From the NCBI GenBank assembly GCA_963977015.1, contig CAXBMO010000001.1, forward strand, positions 352,001 through 416,000: a stretch of 64,000 nt of DNA, given 5' to 3'. The DNA comes from an uncultured bacterium (GTDB taxonomy: Bacteria; Verrucomicrobiota; Verrucomicrobiia; Verrucomicrobiales; DEV007). The notes under the pieces were generated by a model, which worked only from the letters and a program-made list of their open reading frames with translations, did not search any database and was not told the DNA's origin. The position numbers and the translations under genes are program-made. Positions 41,070 through 50,116 of the stretch are shown here, in pieces. The stretch's first letter is position 1. Each line of letters begins with the position of its first letter.

Positions 41070-41087
41070 AGTTTTAGAGTTGGGGGG

Positions 41088-42341
41088 TTAGGTGACCTTT
41101 GCTAGATGATCTTGAGATGTCACTTTAAAGATGAGGCGAACACGCAGGCCTCTGGGGTTTTCCACATTCTCCATCTGAATCCTCCCTTTATGCTGCTGCA
41201 TGATGCTCTTCACGACGGAGAGCCCGAGTCCGGTGCCTTTTCCGGTCGGCTTGGTGGTAAAGAATGGTTCGTAGACTTGATTGACTTTGTCTGGCGGAAT
41301 TCCCGGGCCGGTGTCGCGAAACTCCACGACCACGATCTCGTCTTTCTGACGCAACCTCTCAAAGTGGCGCGATCCTTCCAGGTGGGGCGAGTGCTCGACT
41401 TCCCCCAGCATCGTCCGAACCCTCAGCTTACCGGCGGGGCCTTCCAGTTCACCCATCGCTTGGGCTGCGTTGGTCGCTAGATTGATCAAGACCTGCTCAA
41501 TCCGGTTCCGATCGATTGCAACCGTCGGGAGATTTTCGAGCAATTCGATCTTTAGCTCCACGTTGTTGCTGATGAACTCGTGACGCACCATTTCGAGTGA
41601 CTTTCGAACGAGTTCATTGAGATCCTCGTTCGCAAATTCGGTTTCCGCCGGACGGGACAAATCCACCATTCCAATCACGATCGTGTTGGCGCGGTCAATC
41701 GCGTCCTTCATCGAATCCAGCATCGACATCGCGGTCTTGTCTTCGCTATCACAGCGACGCTGAAAAAAATCGACCCCCATCTGGAGAATCGCGAGGGGGT
41801 TTTTCACTTCGTGGGCGACGCCTGCTGCCAATCGGCCCAGCGATTCGAGTTTCTCCGATTGGATCAGGTGTCTCTCCGCGTCAGAGAGCCGTTGATTGGC
41901 TGACGCCAGTTTTGAATTCACCGACCGTAACTCGCCTTGGCTGCGTTTCCGCTCTACCGCATGCGTGATCGTACGGAGGAGCAATTCGGGGCGCAGTTCG
42001 TTCTTGGGCAGGAAATCCTGGGCACCGGCTTTGATGAGGCGAATGCCGAGCCCGTTTTCCTCCAGCCCGGTCAACACTGTAATGGCGACGCCAGGGGCTG
42101 CTTGTTGGATTTGAGTCAGGGAGGCGATTCCCTGCGAATCGGGCAGCGCGAGATCGAGGAGAATAATGTCGAAGTCGGGTTCCGTCGGTGAGGAAAGTTT
42201 TGCAATTGCAGAGTCGACGGAAACCGCCTGATGGAGGTCGTAGGCGGGAGCGCCGCTGTCGCGCAAATGTTGCCCAACTAGATGATAGTCCGAGTGATTA
42301 TCCTCGACACAGAGAATTCGGAGAATTGAAGAACGGATCAT
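41088..42341 (-). CDS. Cytoplasmic hybrid REC-histidine kinase (NtrB-like HisKA + HATPase)
   Basis: N-terminal REC (VED, LDLALPD), AHEVKNPL, NLATNA, DTGPGI, PFFTTK, GTGLGL. Confidence 0.92.
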   Translation of the reverse strand: MIRSSILRILCVEDNHSDYHLVGQHLRDSGAPAYDLHQAVSVDSAIAKLSSPTEPDFDIILLDLALPDSQGIASLTQIQQAAPGVAITVLTGLEENGLGIRLIKAGAQDFLPKNELRPELLLRTITHAVERKRSQGELRSVNSKLASANQRLSDAERHLIQSEKLESLGRLAAGVAHEVKNPLAILQMGVDFFQRRCDSEDKTAMSMLDSMKDAIDRANTIVIGMVDLSRPAETEFANEDLNELVRKSLEMVRHEFISNNVELKIELLENLPTVAIDRNRIEQVLINLATNAAQAMGELEGPAGKLRVRTMLGEVEHSPHLEGSRHFERLRQKDEIVVVEFRDTGPGIPPDKVNQVYEPFFTTKPTGKGTGLGLSVVKSIMQQHKGRIQMENVENPRGLRVRLIFKVTSQDHLAKVT

Positions 42342-42528
42342 GGCAACAGGGGGTGTTGCGAGTCCATGCCACGAATTGAGAGTCCCCCCGTAAAATTTCC
42401 GGGAGTGGGGGAAATTGAATCGTAAACCCGAATTCCAACCTGCATAGACATCGCCTCATTATTCTGCTGTGAGACTGAACAGGTGTCAATGCTAAGGTGA
42501 TGTTTCCGTCACCAACTTCTGTAACTGT

Positions 42529-43803
42529 CTAAGCCATAGCGATCGCCTTGGAATGCGTCTTCATTCCGTATTCGAGATGGCCCGGTAAATCGGCAATTTC
42601 CGCCACCGCCTTGAACAGGGGACCAAACTTATCCTCAAACAGATCGCCAATCAGGCAATCCGTGAGTTCGGGACGCAAATCCGGGTTCGCCTTGATGAGC
42701 TTGCCAAAGGAGAAGTTCTCGTCGTAAAACGCATAAACCAGGGCCCGCATCCGCTCGATTGCAGCACAAGTCTCCGCTCCATAGGCGTGAAACTGAGAAG
42801 CGGAAAAGTCACCCGTATCGAGCGCGGCATCGATGGCGTCAGCCGCCAATTCGCCTGTCTTCATCGCGAGGAAAACACCGCTGGAAAAAACGGGGTCGAG
42901 AAAGGCAAAGGCGTCCCCGGCGAGGAGGAAACCATCTCCAGCGCAAAACTCGGACCGGTAACTGAACTCGCCGGTCGTGCGGTAGTTGCCCTCCTTTTTG
43001 CCGGGAGCGAGGTGTTCCTGAATCCAGACGTTTTCAAGAATCTCGCGGTCCATGATCGCTTCCGGATCCTTGAGGCCGTCGCGATAGAGGTAATCGCGAT
43101 TGGCGACAATTCCGATCGACACGCGATTGTCGCGAAGAGGGATGTACCAGAACCAGCCGCGTTCAGGAATGTAGGCGACGGTGGTCGTGCCTTCATCGAG
43201 GCCCGGGTCGCGCATCGCTCCTTCGTAATAGGTCCAGAGCGCGATTTTATCGAGTTTGGGATCGCGCTTGCGCCATTTCTGCTTCCGGCTGATCAGGGCG
43301 TCACGGCCGGTTGCATCAACGGTCATTTTGCCAAAATGCTCCTTCTCCGTGCCGTCGGGATGGATCGCAATCACTCCTACCACAGTGCCGTTGTCGTCTT
43401 TGATCACGTCTTTGACCTTGGTGCCCTCCAAGGTCTTTGCCCCGTTCTCCTTGGCGGTGCGGTAGATCATGTTGTCGAATTCCGAGCGCTCAACCTGCCA
43501 GGTCGTCGATGACGGATGCTCCTTGTGCTGAAAAAAGTAGAAGGGGCGTGACTGGCGGCCATCGGGCGTCACGAACTGCACACTGTGCTTCTGCACGAAG
43601 CCGATTTCGTCCATCTTCTTTTCCAAACCGAGCCGTTGGAGGGTGTACCAACAAAACGGCATGAGGGATTCACCGACGTGGTAGCGGGGAAACGTCTCTT
43701 TCTCGATGAGGAGAACGTCTCGCCCTTTCTCGGCAAGCAGGGCTGCGGCGGTCGAGCCAGCGGGGCCGGCGCCAATGATGATGGAGTCGTGGGTTTCGGG
43801 CAT
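42529..43803 (-). CDS. FAD-dependent oxidoreductase, flavin-dependent halogenase-like
   Basis: GAGPAG, FPRYHVGES, GFVQK, WxWxIP (WFWYIP), FLDPVFSSGV. Confidence 0.85.
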   Translation of the reverse strand: MPETHDSIIIGAGPAGSTAAALLAEKGRDVLLIEKETFPRYHVGESLMPFCWYTLQRLGLEKKMDEIGFVQKHSVQFVTPDGRQSRPFYFFQHKEHPSSTTWQVERSEFDNMIYRTAKENGAKTLEGTKVKDVIKDDNGTVVGVIAIHPDGTEKEHFGKMTVDATGRDALISRKQKWRKRDPKLDKIALWTYYEGAMRDPGLDEGTTTVAYIPERGWFWYIPLRDNRVSIGIVANRDYLYRDGLKDPEAIMDREILENVWIQEHLAPGKKEGNYRTTGEFSYRSEFCAGDGFLLAGDAFAFLDPVFSSGVFLAMKTGELAADAIDAALDTGDFSASQFHAYGAETCAAIERMRALVYAFYDENFSFGKLIKANPDLRPELTDCLIGDLFEDKFGPLFKAVAEIADLPGHLEYGMKTHSKAIAMA

Positions 43804-43837
43804 TTTTGGGAGATTACGGGTCGGTGGAGAGGGCGGA

Positions 43838-44413
43838 TCAGTCCAATTTGGGAAGAGCTTCGACAATGTCGGCAAACGCCATGCCGTCGGCAAAACTCAG
43901 TTCGTTGCAGCGACCGTAGAGCGTTGTTCCAACATCTTCGCCCAGGGCATGAGCCATGATTTCGTCGGCCTGGACCCGGAAAAATCCGCGAGGGCGACCA
44001 AAATGCGGCACGTTTTGCTGTTGAAGCACGCCGCCGAGCGGGATGCGGCCTTCTTCGATCAATTCGCGAGCGGGGGAATCGAACATATTGAGGTGAATCG
44101 CAATCGCGCCACATTCGACCGGCATCAGGTTGTCGCGCCTTCGCAAAATCACCACGCGCAGCAGGTAGTCTTCGCTCTGCTCTTTATCGAGCACTTCGAG
44201 TCGCAGTTCGGAACCGTGATAGTGCTCCAGAGTTGGAGTCATGTCACGCTCGTGAACCAGCAACTCGCGATCGATCTCCGGCATATCCTCTCCATCGACG
44301 AAGTCGAGTGGAGGGAGGTCCAGATTGCGACGCTCGTAAAAGTAATGAAGCGGCATCAGCCAATGCAGGGCCAACGCTCCGTCTACCGACGCTGCTTCGC
44401 GGATCTCAGGCAT
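43838..44413 (-). CDS. Chorismate-lyase (UbiC)-like protein
   Basis: LL...DMTPTLE, LRVVIL, GRIPLGGVL, LYGR and IVEALP follow the UbiC motif order. Start overlaps the radical SAM stop (ATGCCTGA). Confidence 0.65.
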   Translation of the reverse strand: MPEIREAASVDGALALHWLMPLHYFYERRNLDLPPLDFVDGEDMPEIDRELLVHERDMTPTLEHYHGSELRLEVLDKEQSEDYLLRVVILRRRDNLMPVECGAIAIHLNMFDSPARELIEEGRIPLGGVLQQQNVPHFGRPRGFFRVQADEIMAHALGEDVGTTLYGRCNELSFADGMAFADIVEALPKLD

Positions 44414-45767
44414 AGCGGGCATTGCGATGTTGGGGCAAAAAGAATTCGTGGAGCAGGCGATCGATCTGAAGCAGACCCTCTCGATTGAGTCGGATCTCGT
44501 CACCGTCGATTTCGCCAAATCCTTCCTCAACGATGTAGTTGAGTGGCTTTTCAAAGCGATCACGGGGATCAACGCCGTATTTATCAATGTAATAGGAGGC
44601 CGTGACCTTGCCGAGTTTGAGGCGGAGGATGAACTCGCGCAAGACGCGCTCTTCCGCATTCGTCTGGTAGGCCCGGTAAATCGGCAGCTTCCCGTCATCG
44701 AGCGCCATCATGTAGGGCCCGATGTCGTGATTGTTCTGGTAATGGACTCCGCCGAGATGACCGAAGGAGGCGACGCCCGCACTGAGCAAATCCGCACCTT
44801 CCCAAAGTTTGTCCCGATAGACGAACTTGGTTTTGTCCGGATTTTTGACCACCGTGGTCGCGCTGGTGACGGTGTATCCGGCTTTCTCAAATTCATCGAA
44901 TGCGTAGCTGACCCAACGGCGTTTCGTCGCCCAATCCGCCACGGGGGCGGTGAGCTTCCCGGCCGACTTCATCTCCTTGTAGAGCGTCGTGTTGTAGGGA
45001 ACCTCCATCTGGTAAATCGTGACGCATTCCGGACCGTATTTGATGGATTGCTCGATGCAGTTTTTCCAGTTGTCCTCCGTTTCATCGACCATCCCGGCGA
45101 TCAGATCGATGTTGATTTGGTCGAAATCGAGCGACTGGGCAAACTTGAGCGCGCGGTGAAGCTCGGGAGAACGGTGGGCCCGTCCGTTGAGCTCTAAAAT
45201 GTGGTCGTTGAAGTTTTCGGCGCCCAAGCTCAAACGCGTGATTCCGATTTCGCGCAGCGCTTCGAGCTTTTTCTCGGTCAGCGTTCCCGGTTCGGCCTCA
45301 AACGCGACTTCTTCGGTCTCCTCCCAAGGGAAACACGCCTTCATCCCGTCCGTCAGCTCTTTCAACTGGTTGACGGAGAGATAGCTCGGAGTTCCACCGC
45401 CAAAATAGACAAACTTGGGCTTTCGACCTGCCAGATACGGCTTCTCCGCATAGGTTCGAAACTCTTTCAGACCAGCCTGGAGGTAGCCGTTGATTTCGGC
45501 CGCATTGCGATCGGTATAGACCCGGAAATAGCAGAAATGGCAGCGCTTTCGGCAAAAGGGAATGTGAAAATAAAGACCGAGATCGGTATCGCCCACGGGA
45601 CCGTCGAGCGTTTGGTTGATAATGGGGACCTGATCCTGCTCCCAAAAGCTGAAGGGCGGGTAATTTGCGACGAAGTAATTCCCGGCTTCGGTCTCGTCGC
45701 CGGGTTTTTCGATGGGAATGGAGGAATCGAGGACAGCTTCGGAGATGGAGGAATGTTCAGTGGCCAT
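44406..45767 (-). CDS. HemN-like radical SAM enzyme (class C radical SAM methyltransferase-like)
   Basis: HIPFCRKRCHFC, YFGGGTPS, RLSLG, NIDLIAG. N-terminal NYPPF rather than the HemN PRYTSYP. Confidence 0.85.
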   Translation of the reverse strand: MATEHSSISEAVLDSSIPIEKPGDETEAGNYFVANYPPFSFWEQDQVPIINQTLDGPVGDTDLGLYFHIPFCRKRCHFCYFRVYTDRNAAEINGYLQAGLKEFRTYAEKPYLAGRKPKFVYFGGGTPSYLSVNQLKELTDGMKACFPWEETEEVAFEAEPGTLTEKKLEALREIGITRLSLGAENFNDHILELNGRAHRSPELHRALKFAQSLDFDQINIDLIAGMVDETEDNWKNCIEQSIKYGPECVTIYQMEVPYNTTLYKEMKSAGKLTAPVADWATKRRWVSYAFDEFEKAGYTVTSATTVVKNPDKTKFVYRDKLWEGADLLSAGVASFGHLGGVHYQNNHDIGPYMMALDDGKLPIYRAYQTNAEERVLREFILRLKLGKVTASYYIDKYGVDPRDRFEKPLNYIVEEGFGEIDGDEIRLNREGLLQIDRLLHEFFLPQHRNARYA

Positions 45768-45851
45768 AGGTTCGCAGACTTAGAGGCAGCAAGGGGATTG
45801 TCGCTCAAAATTCACCAAAGACCTGAAGTTTTGGACATTGGTTCCCTCCTT

Positions 45852-46409
45852 CTAAATGTCCGGAACGGAAGCAACGAGCGTCTCATAGCGTTCAAGGATT
45901 CCCAACTTGCGACACCAATCCGCAATATACTCCCGATTCAATGCCTCCCCCTGCACCGCCATCACATCGCGAGCATCCTCCAAATCCTTGGGCCGCGCCC
46001 AGCGCAGTTTTTGAATGACGACGTCTTCAGCGGTGGGAATGGATACACTGGCATTGAGCTGTGGAACAAAGATCTCTTTCCGACGCTCGAATCGACTTTT
46101 TTGAAAATCATCAGTGGCCAGTTCAAAGAGCTCGATGACAAAAGGGGTGCCAACGATTTTTACAATGTGGCGAACGCTGCCTGTTATGGTTTCGAACGTC
46201 ACTTGACTGTCGAATTTGAAGCAATCAGGTAGATGCGAGGCCACTTCTGCAAGCTGTTTTGAGTGGCGCAACTCGATCACGATATCCACATCTTTGGTGT
46301 TGCGCGGGATGCCGTAAAAATTACTCGAAAGCCCTCCAACGATCATGTGTGGTACTTTCGCTTTGCGAAGCGCCTCCGTCATGTCCACCGCTGATTGCTC
46401 GATGGTCAC
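45852..46409 (-). CDS. Pol-beta-superfamily nucleotidyltransferase (DUF6036-like)
   Basis: VGG.....G.PR.TKDVD, TAEDVVIQKL..RPKDLED. GTGA overlap with the upstream gene. Confidence 0.8.
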   Translation of the reverse strand: MTIEQSAVDMTEALRKAKVPHMIVGGLSSNFYGIPRNTKDVDIVIELRHSKQLAEVASHLPDCFKFDSQVTFETITGSVRHIVKIVGTPFVIELFELATDDFQKSRFERRKEIFVPQLNASVSIPTAEDVVIQKLRWARPKDLEDARDVMAVQGEALNREYIADWCRKLGILERYETLVASVPDI

Positions 46410-46669
46410 TTCGACTCCATAGGTTCGTAAATTCCCCTTTCCCGAACCATTCGCACTCGGTCAAACCGCGCTTGAACCGCCAATTGAATGGCATTTGGGT
46501 CTTGAGTCCCTAATTCCGAAGCCACTCCTGCCTCCGTGAAAGCCAGCGCAGATTCAAACAACCGGAAACCGTCGAGAAACTTCTCGCAGGGATCCTGTTC
46601 CCGAGCCCGCAACACCTTGTCCCGATAGATTTCGGCAGCGAGGTTGTCGATTTCAGCTTGCGGTTCCAT
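46406..46669 (-). CDS. Small helical protein, putative antitoxin partner of the nucleotidyltransferase
   Basis: 87 aa, translationally coupled, preceded by TTGCGT-17-TAGACT-5-ATG. Confidence 0.7.
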   Translation of the reverse strand: MEPQAEIDNLAAEIYRDKVLRAREQDPCEKFLDGFRLFESALAFTEAGVASELGTQDPNAIQLAVQARFDRVRMVRERGIYEPMESK

Positions 46670-46748
46670 GCGCCAGTCTAGTCGTGGTTCCTCCCCTACG
46701 CAATCCGCGCAGTTGACCCGGTGGAACTTCGCGGGCAGTCTCCGTGGA

Positions 46749-47555
46749 ATGTCTCCTCTTTGCCCCAAACTGTCCATTCGGCTGGAAGTGTTGCCCGGAA
46801 AATCCGTTGCGGAACAAATTCAAAAGGCGGCAGAATATGGATTTCACGCCATCGCTCTTCCGGGGCGCTTTACCGATCGCTGGCTCACGGGATTGCGGGA
46901 ATGCGTTGACGATATCCCGCTTCCCATCGCGAGTCTTTCCCTCGGCTTCGAGCACTCGCTCATCAGCCCAACCGCGGATCAGCGGGCGAAATGCAGGGAC
47001 TCGCTGCTTCGTCTCTTCGATCTCTGCGCCGAGTTTGGGGCAAAACTCTTCAATATGCCGCCCTGCCTGATTCAGGACAATCCGGACCGAATTCAGGATC
47101 CCGGGCAAATCGAGGCGTTGCTGCTGGAGCAACTCCCTGAAATCGCCGACCAAGCCAAACAGCGTGACGTGGCGGTTCTTCTGGAGCCGGTGAACAAGTA
47201 CGAATCGGATACCATGAATTCCGTGATCGAGGCTGCCGCGATCTCGGAACGCTGCAATCATTCGCATCTCGGGATCACGGCCGACTTTTTTCACATGCAA
47301 TTGGAGGAGTTGTATCCCGCAGACGCACTGGAAAAAGCGCTTTCCCAAATTCGCCACATCCACGTTGCCGAGAACACCCGAGTGGAGCCTGGTCCCGGAT
47401 CGCTCGACTTTTATGAGGGGTTTGGCGTGTTGAAGGAGAACGGATACGACGGGATCATCGAGGTCGAATGCCGCTATCTTTCCGGTCCTGCAGACGAGGT
47501 GCTTCCCGTTTCGGCCGCCTTCCTGCAGAATGTGTGGAGAACCGTCGGCTACTAA
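46749..47555 (+). CDS. Sugar-phosphate isomerase/epimerase (TIM barrel)
   Basis: LEPVNKYE, DFFHMQLEE, HIHVAENTR.EPG, VEC. Confidence 0.88.
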   Translation: MSPLCPKLSIRLEVLPGKSVAEQIQKAAEYGFHAIALPGRFTDRWLTGLRECVDDIPLPIASLSLGFEHSLISPTADQRAKCRDSLLRLFDLCAEFGAKLFNMPPCLIQDNPDRIQDPGQIEALLLEQLPEIADQAKQRDVAVLLEPVNKYESDTMNSVIEAAAISERCNHSHLGITADFFHMQLEELYPADALEKALSQIRHIHVAENTRVEPGPGSLDFYEGFGVLKENGYDGIIEVECRYLSGPADEVLPVSAAFLQNVWRTVGY

Positions 47556-48676
47556 TCCCGTCCTTCGAACAAGAGCGGAAGCAACTGGATGAGGTAGTCC
47601 CGCCAAACCGGCCAGGAATGCCCGCCTTCGGTCACTTTCCAGACGTGAGGGATCTCCTTTTCCGTCATCCACTCGTGAAAGTAGACGTTGCGATCGAAGA
47701 GGAAATCATCCTTGCCACACCCCTGCCAAACCAGCTTGAACGCGGCGTTTTCGGGCATGGCGCCGAAGTGTTCCTGCACTTTTTCCGCATCGCCCGCAAT
47801 TCCGGAACTGAAACCCGCCACCCAGGCGAATTGATCCGGGTGATTGAGGCCGAATCGAAGGGCCTGGCCTCCACCCATCGATAATCCCGCGACGGCACGA
47901 CCTTCGGCGTCCGTCCGAATCCGGTAACGCGCTTGTATCAATGGCAACAGGCGGTCAAAAAAGTCGGTCGAAACGGCTTCGAAATTCTGGCGGCTCCATT
48001 CGTCTTTGTTCGCAATGAGAAAGGGATCGACTCCGGGCTGATTCGCATGGCCGTGGGGCATCACGATGACCATGGGTTTCACCTTGCCCTGGGCAATGAG
48101 GTTGTCGGCGATGAGGTGAGCGCGACCGACATTCGTCCACGCCGATGCATCGTCGCCGGAGCCGTGCAGCAGGAAGAGCACCGGAAACGTCTCGTCCGAT
48201 TCGGCGTAACCCGGTGGCGTGTAAACGTAGGTTGCTCGTTCGGTCTCAAGCATTTTCGAGTGATCGAGCAGTTGATGAACTTCGCCATGCGGCACGGCCT
48301 GGGCTTCCCACAGCAGGGGGGATTCGCCCGGAACTTCCACCAGATTGGACGAACGCCGCCAGCCTTTGACCCAGCGGTTGTGGGGATCCAGCACGTTCGT
48401 TCCATCCACCGAAAAGGAGTATTCATGGATGCCCGGCGGAACCGGTCCCACTGTTCCTTCCCAAATCCCATTGGCATTTTTCGTTAAACTGAGCTTTCCG
48501 TCGACGATTTCGCCAAGGACTTCGAGAGCCGTTGCTTTTGGTGCGACAAAGCGAAACGTGACGGTGCGATCCGGGTGAACTTCGGCCGATTTTGGGAACT
48601 TGGAGTCGGGATTATCGCCAAAGGCCGCTGATAGAAGAACGAGAAAGAAAATGGGGAGTGCGAGAGAATACTTCAT
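47552..48676 (-). CDS. Secreted esterase (N-terminal Ig/CBM48-like domain + CE1-like alpha/beta hydrolase)
   Basis: VTFRF.AP, YVYTPPGY, LLHGSGD, GLSMGG, GGHSW. Confidence 0.9.
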   Translation of the reverse strand: MKYSLALPIFFLVLLSAAFGDNPDSKFPKSAEVHPDRTVTFRFVAPKATALEVLGEIVDGKLSLTKNANGIWEGTVGPVPPGIHEYSFSVDGTNVLDPHNRWVKGWRRSSNLVEVPGESPLLWEAQAVPHGEVHQLLDHSKMLETERATYVYTPPGYAESDETFPVLFLLHGSGDDASAWTNVGRAHLIADNLIAQGKVKPMVIVMPHGHANQPGVDPFLIANKDEWSRQNFEAVSTDFFDRLLPLIQARYRIRTDAEGRAVAGLSMGGGQALRFGLNHPDQFAWVAGFSSGIAGDAEKVQEHFGAMPENAAFKLVWQGCGKDDFLFDRNVYFHEWMTEKEIPHVWKVTEGGHSWPVWRDYLIQLLPLLFEGRD

Positions 48677-48733
48677 GGGGTTGTTCGAGTCTTGAAAGTC
48701 AAGGTTGGTAATCCCAGTGTGTAAACCCAGAAC

Positions 48734-50116
48734 ATGCCTTCGATTCAACGACTTCTTTGCCTTTCTTTTTTACTCAGCACCGTGGGATTTGCTGACCAAC
48801 CCAACGTGCTCCTCATTTACACCGATGACCAGGGGGCGGTCGATGCCGGGTGCTATGGATCACCCGATTTGGAAACGCCGGTGATCGATCAGTTGGCGGC
48901 GGAGGGCGTTCGTTTCACACAGATGCTCGCGCCTTCGGCGATTTGCTCCGCGTCCCGAACCGGGCTTCTGACGGGAAGCATGCCGATGCGCGCCGGTGTG
49001 CCGGGAAACGTTTCCTCGCATCATGGAAATGCCGGGTTGCCGCCTGCGAACTACACCATGGCGGAGATGTTTCGCGATGCGGGGTACCGAACCCATCACG
49101 TTGGGAAATGGCACCTCGGCTATGACGAACTGACGATGCCGAATGCCCAGGGGTTTGACTCGAGTTGGGGGCACATGGGCGGTTGCATCGATAACTATTC
49201 CCACTTTTTTTATTGGAACGGGCCCAATCGTCACGATCTCTGGCGCGATGGCGTCGAAATTTGGGAGGATGGACAGAATTTTGGGCATCGCATGGTCGAG
49301 GAAACCAAGGCGGCGATTGATCACCAAGCGGAGAAGCCGTTTTTCATTTATTGGGCGATCAACTGGCCGCATTACCCGCTCCAGGGATACGACAAATGGC
49401 GAAAGCACTATGCCGCGAAAGGTCTCGAATCTCCCCGAGACAAATACGCCGCGTTTGTTTCGAGTATGGATGAGCTGATCGGGAATGTTTTGGATCATCT
49501 CGAGGCTCAGGGATTGGCCGATGACACGATTGTCATCTTTCAGTCTGATCACGGGCATTCGGTGGAGGAACGGACGTTTGGAAGCGGCGGAGACCCCGGC
49601 CCGTATCGTGGTCACAAAGGCAGTTTCTTCGAAGGCGGCTTGCGCGTCCCCTCGATCGTGCGCTGGCCCTCACGACTTCCGAAAGGCGAGGTGCGGGAGC
49701 AATTTGTGACCGGGTGCGATTGGTATCCGACCTTGCTCGAATGGTGTGGCGGATCGATGAAGGCGGACGCTCAAAAGCTCGACGGAAAGTCGATTGCGAA
49801 GGTGATCGAATCAGGAACCGAGAGCCCGCATGAAGGCTTTTACTGGACGTTTGGCGATCGCATGGACAAGCAGGGAAGGGACGTTTCGCACTGGGCGTAT
49901 CGGAAAGGGGATTGGAAGCTGATTTCCCATCCCAAGGATCAGGTGACTCCGCTCGCGGATGAGGACCGGAAACTCTTTCTCGCAAATCTCGGCAACGACA
50001 TCGGTGAAACGAAGAACGTTGCCAGGGAGCATCCCGAAGTCGTGGATGAGTTGCTCAAGGAACAACAGGTGATCGCGGAGGAACTCCGGAAAGACCTCCA
50101 AGCGCTCCGCCAATAA
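48734..50116 (+). CDS. Sulfatase (arylsulfatase-like)
   Basis: PNVLLIYTDD, CSASR (CxAxR variant), GKWHLG, SDHG, EGGLRVP. Confidence 0.92.
   Translation: MPSIQRLLCLSFLLSTVGFADQPNVLLIYTDDQGAVDAGCYGSPDLETPVIDQLAAEGVRFTQMLAPSAICSASRTGLLTGSMPMRAGVPGNVSSHHGNAGLPPANYTMAEMFRDAGYRTHHVGKWHLGYDELTMPNAQGFDSSWGHMGGCIDNYSHFFYWNGPNRHDLWRDGVEIWEDGQNFGHRMVEETKAAIDHQAEKPFFIYWAINWPHYPLQGYDKWRKHYAAKGLESPRDKYAAFVSSMDELIGNVLDHLEAQGLADDTIVIFQSDHGHSVEERTFGSGGDPGPYRGHKGSFFEGGLRVPSIVRWPSRLPKGEVREQFVTGCDWYPTLLEWCGGSMKADAQKLDGKSIAKVIESGTESPHEGFYWTFGDRMDKQGRDVSHWAYRKGDWKLISHPKDQVTPLADEDRKLFLANLGNDIGETKNVAREHPEVVDELLKEQQVIAEELRKDLQALRQ

Noticed and set aside
44406-45767. Naming the radical SAM gene hemN or hemW
   Set aside because: It lacks both diagnostic motifs (PRYTSYP and HNxxYW) and has no heme-pathway neighbours.
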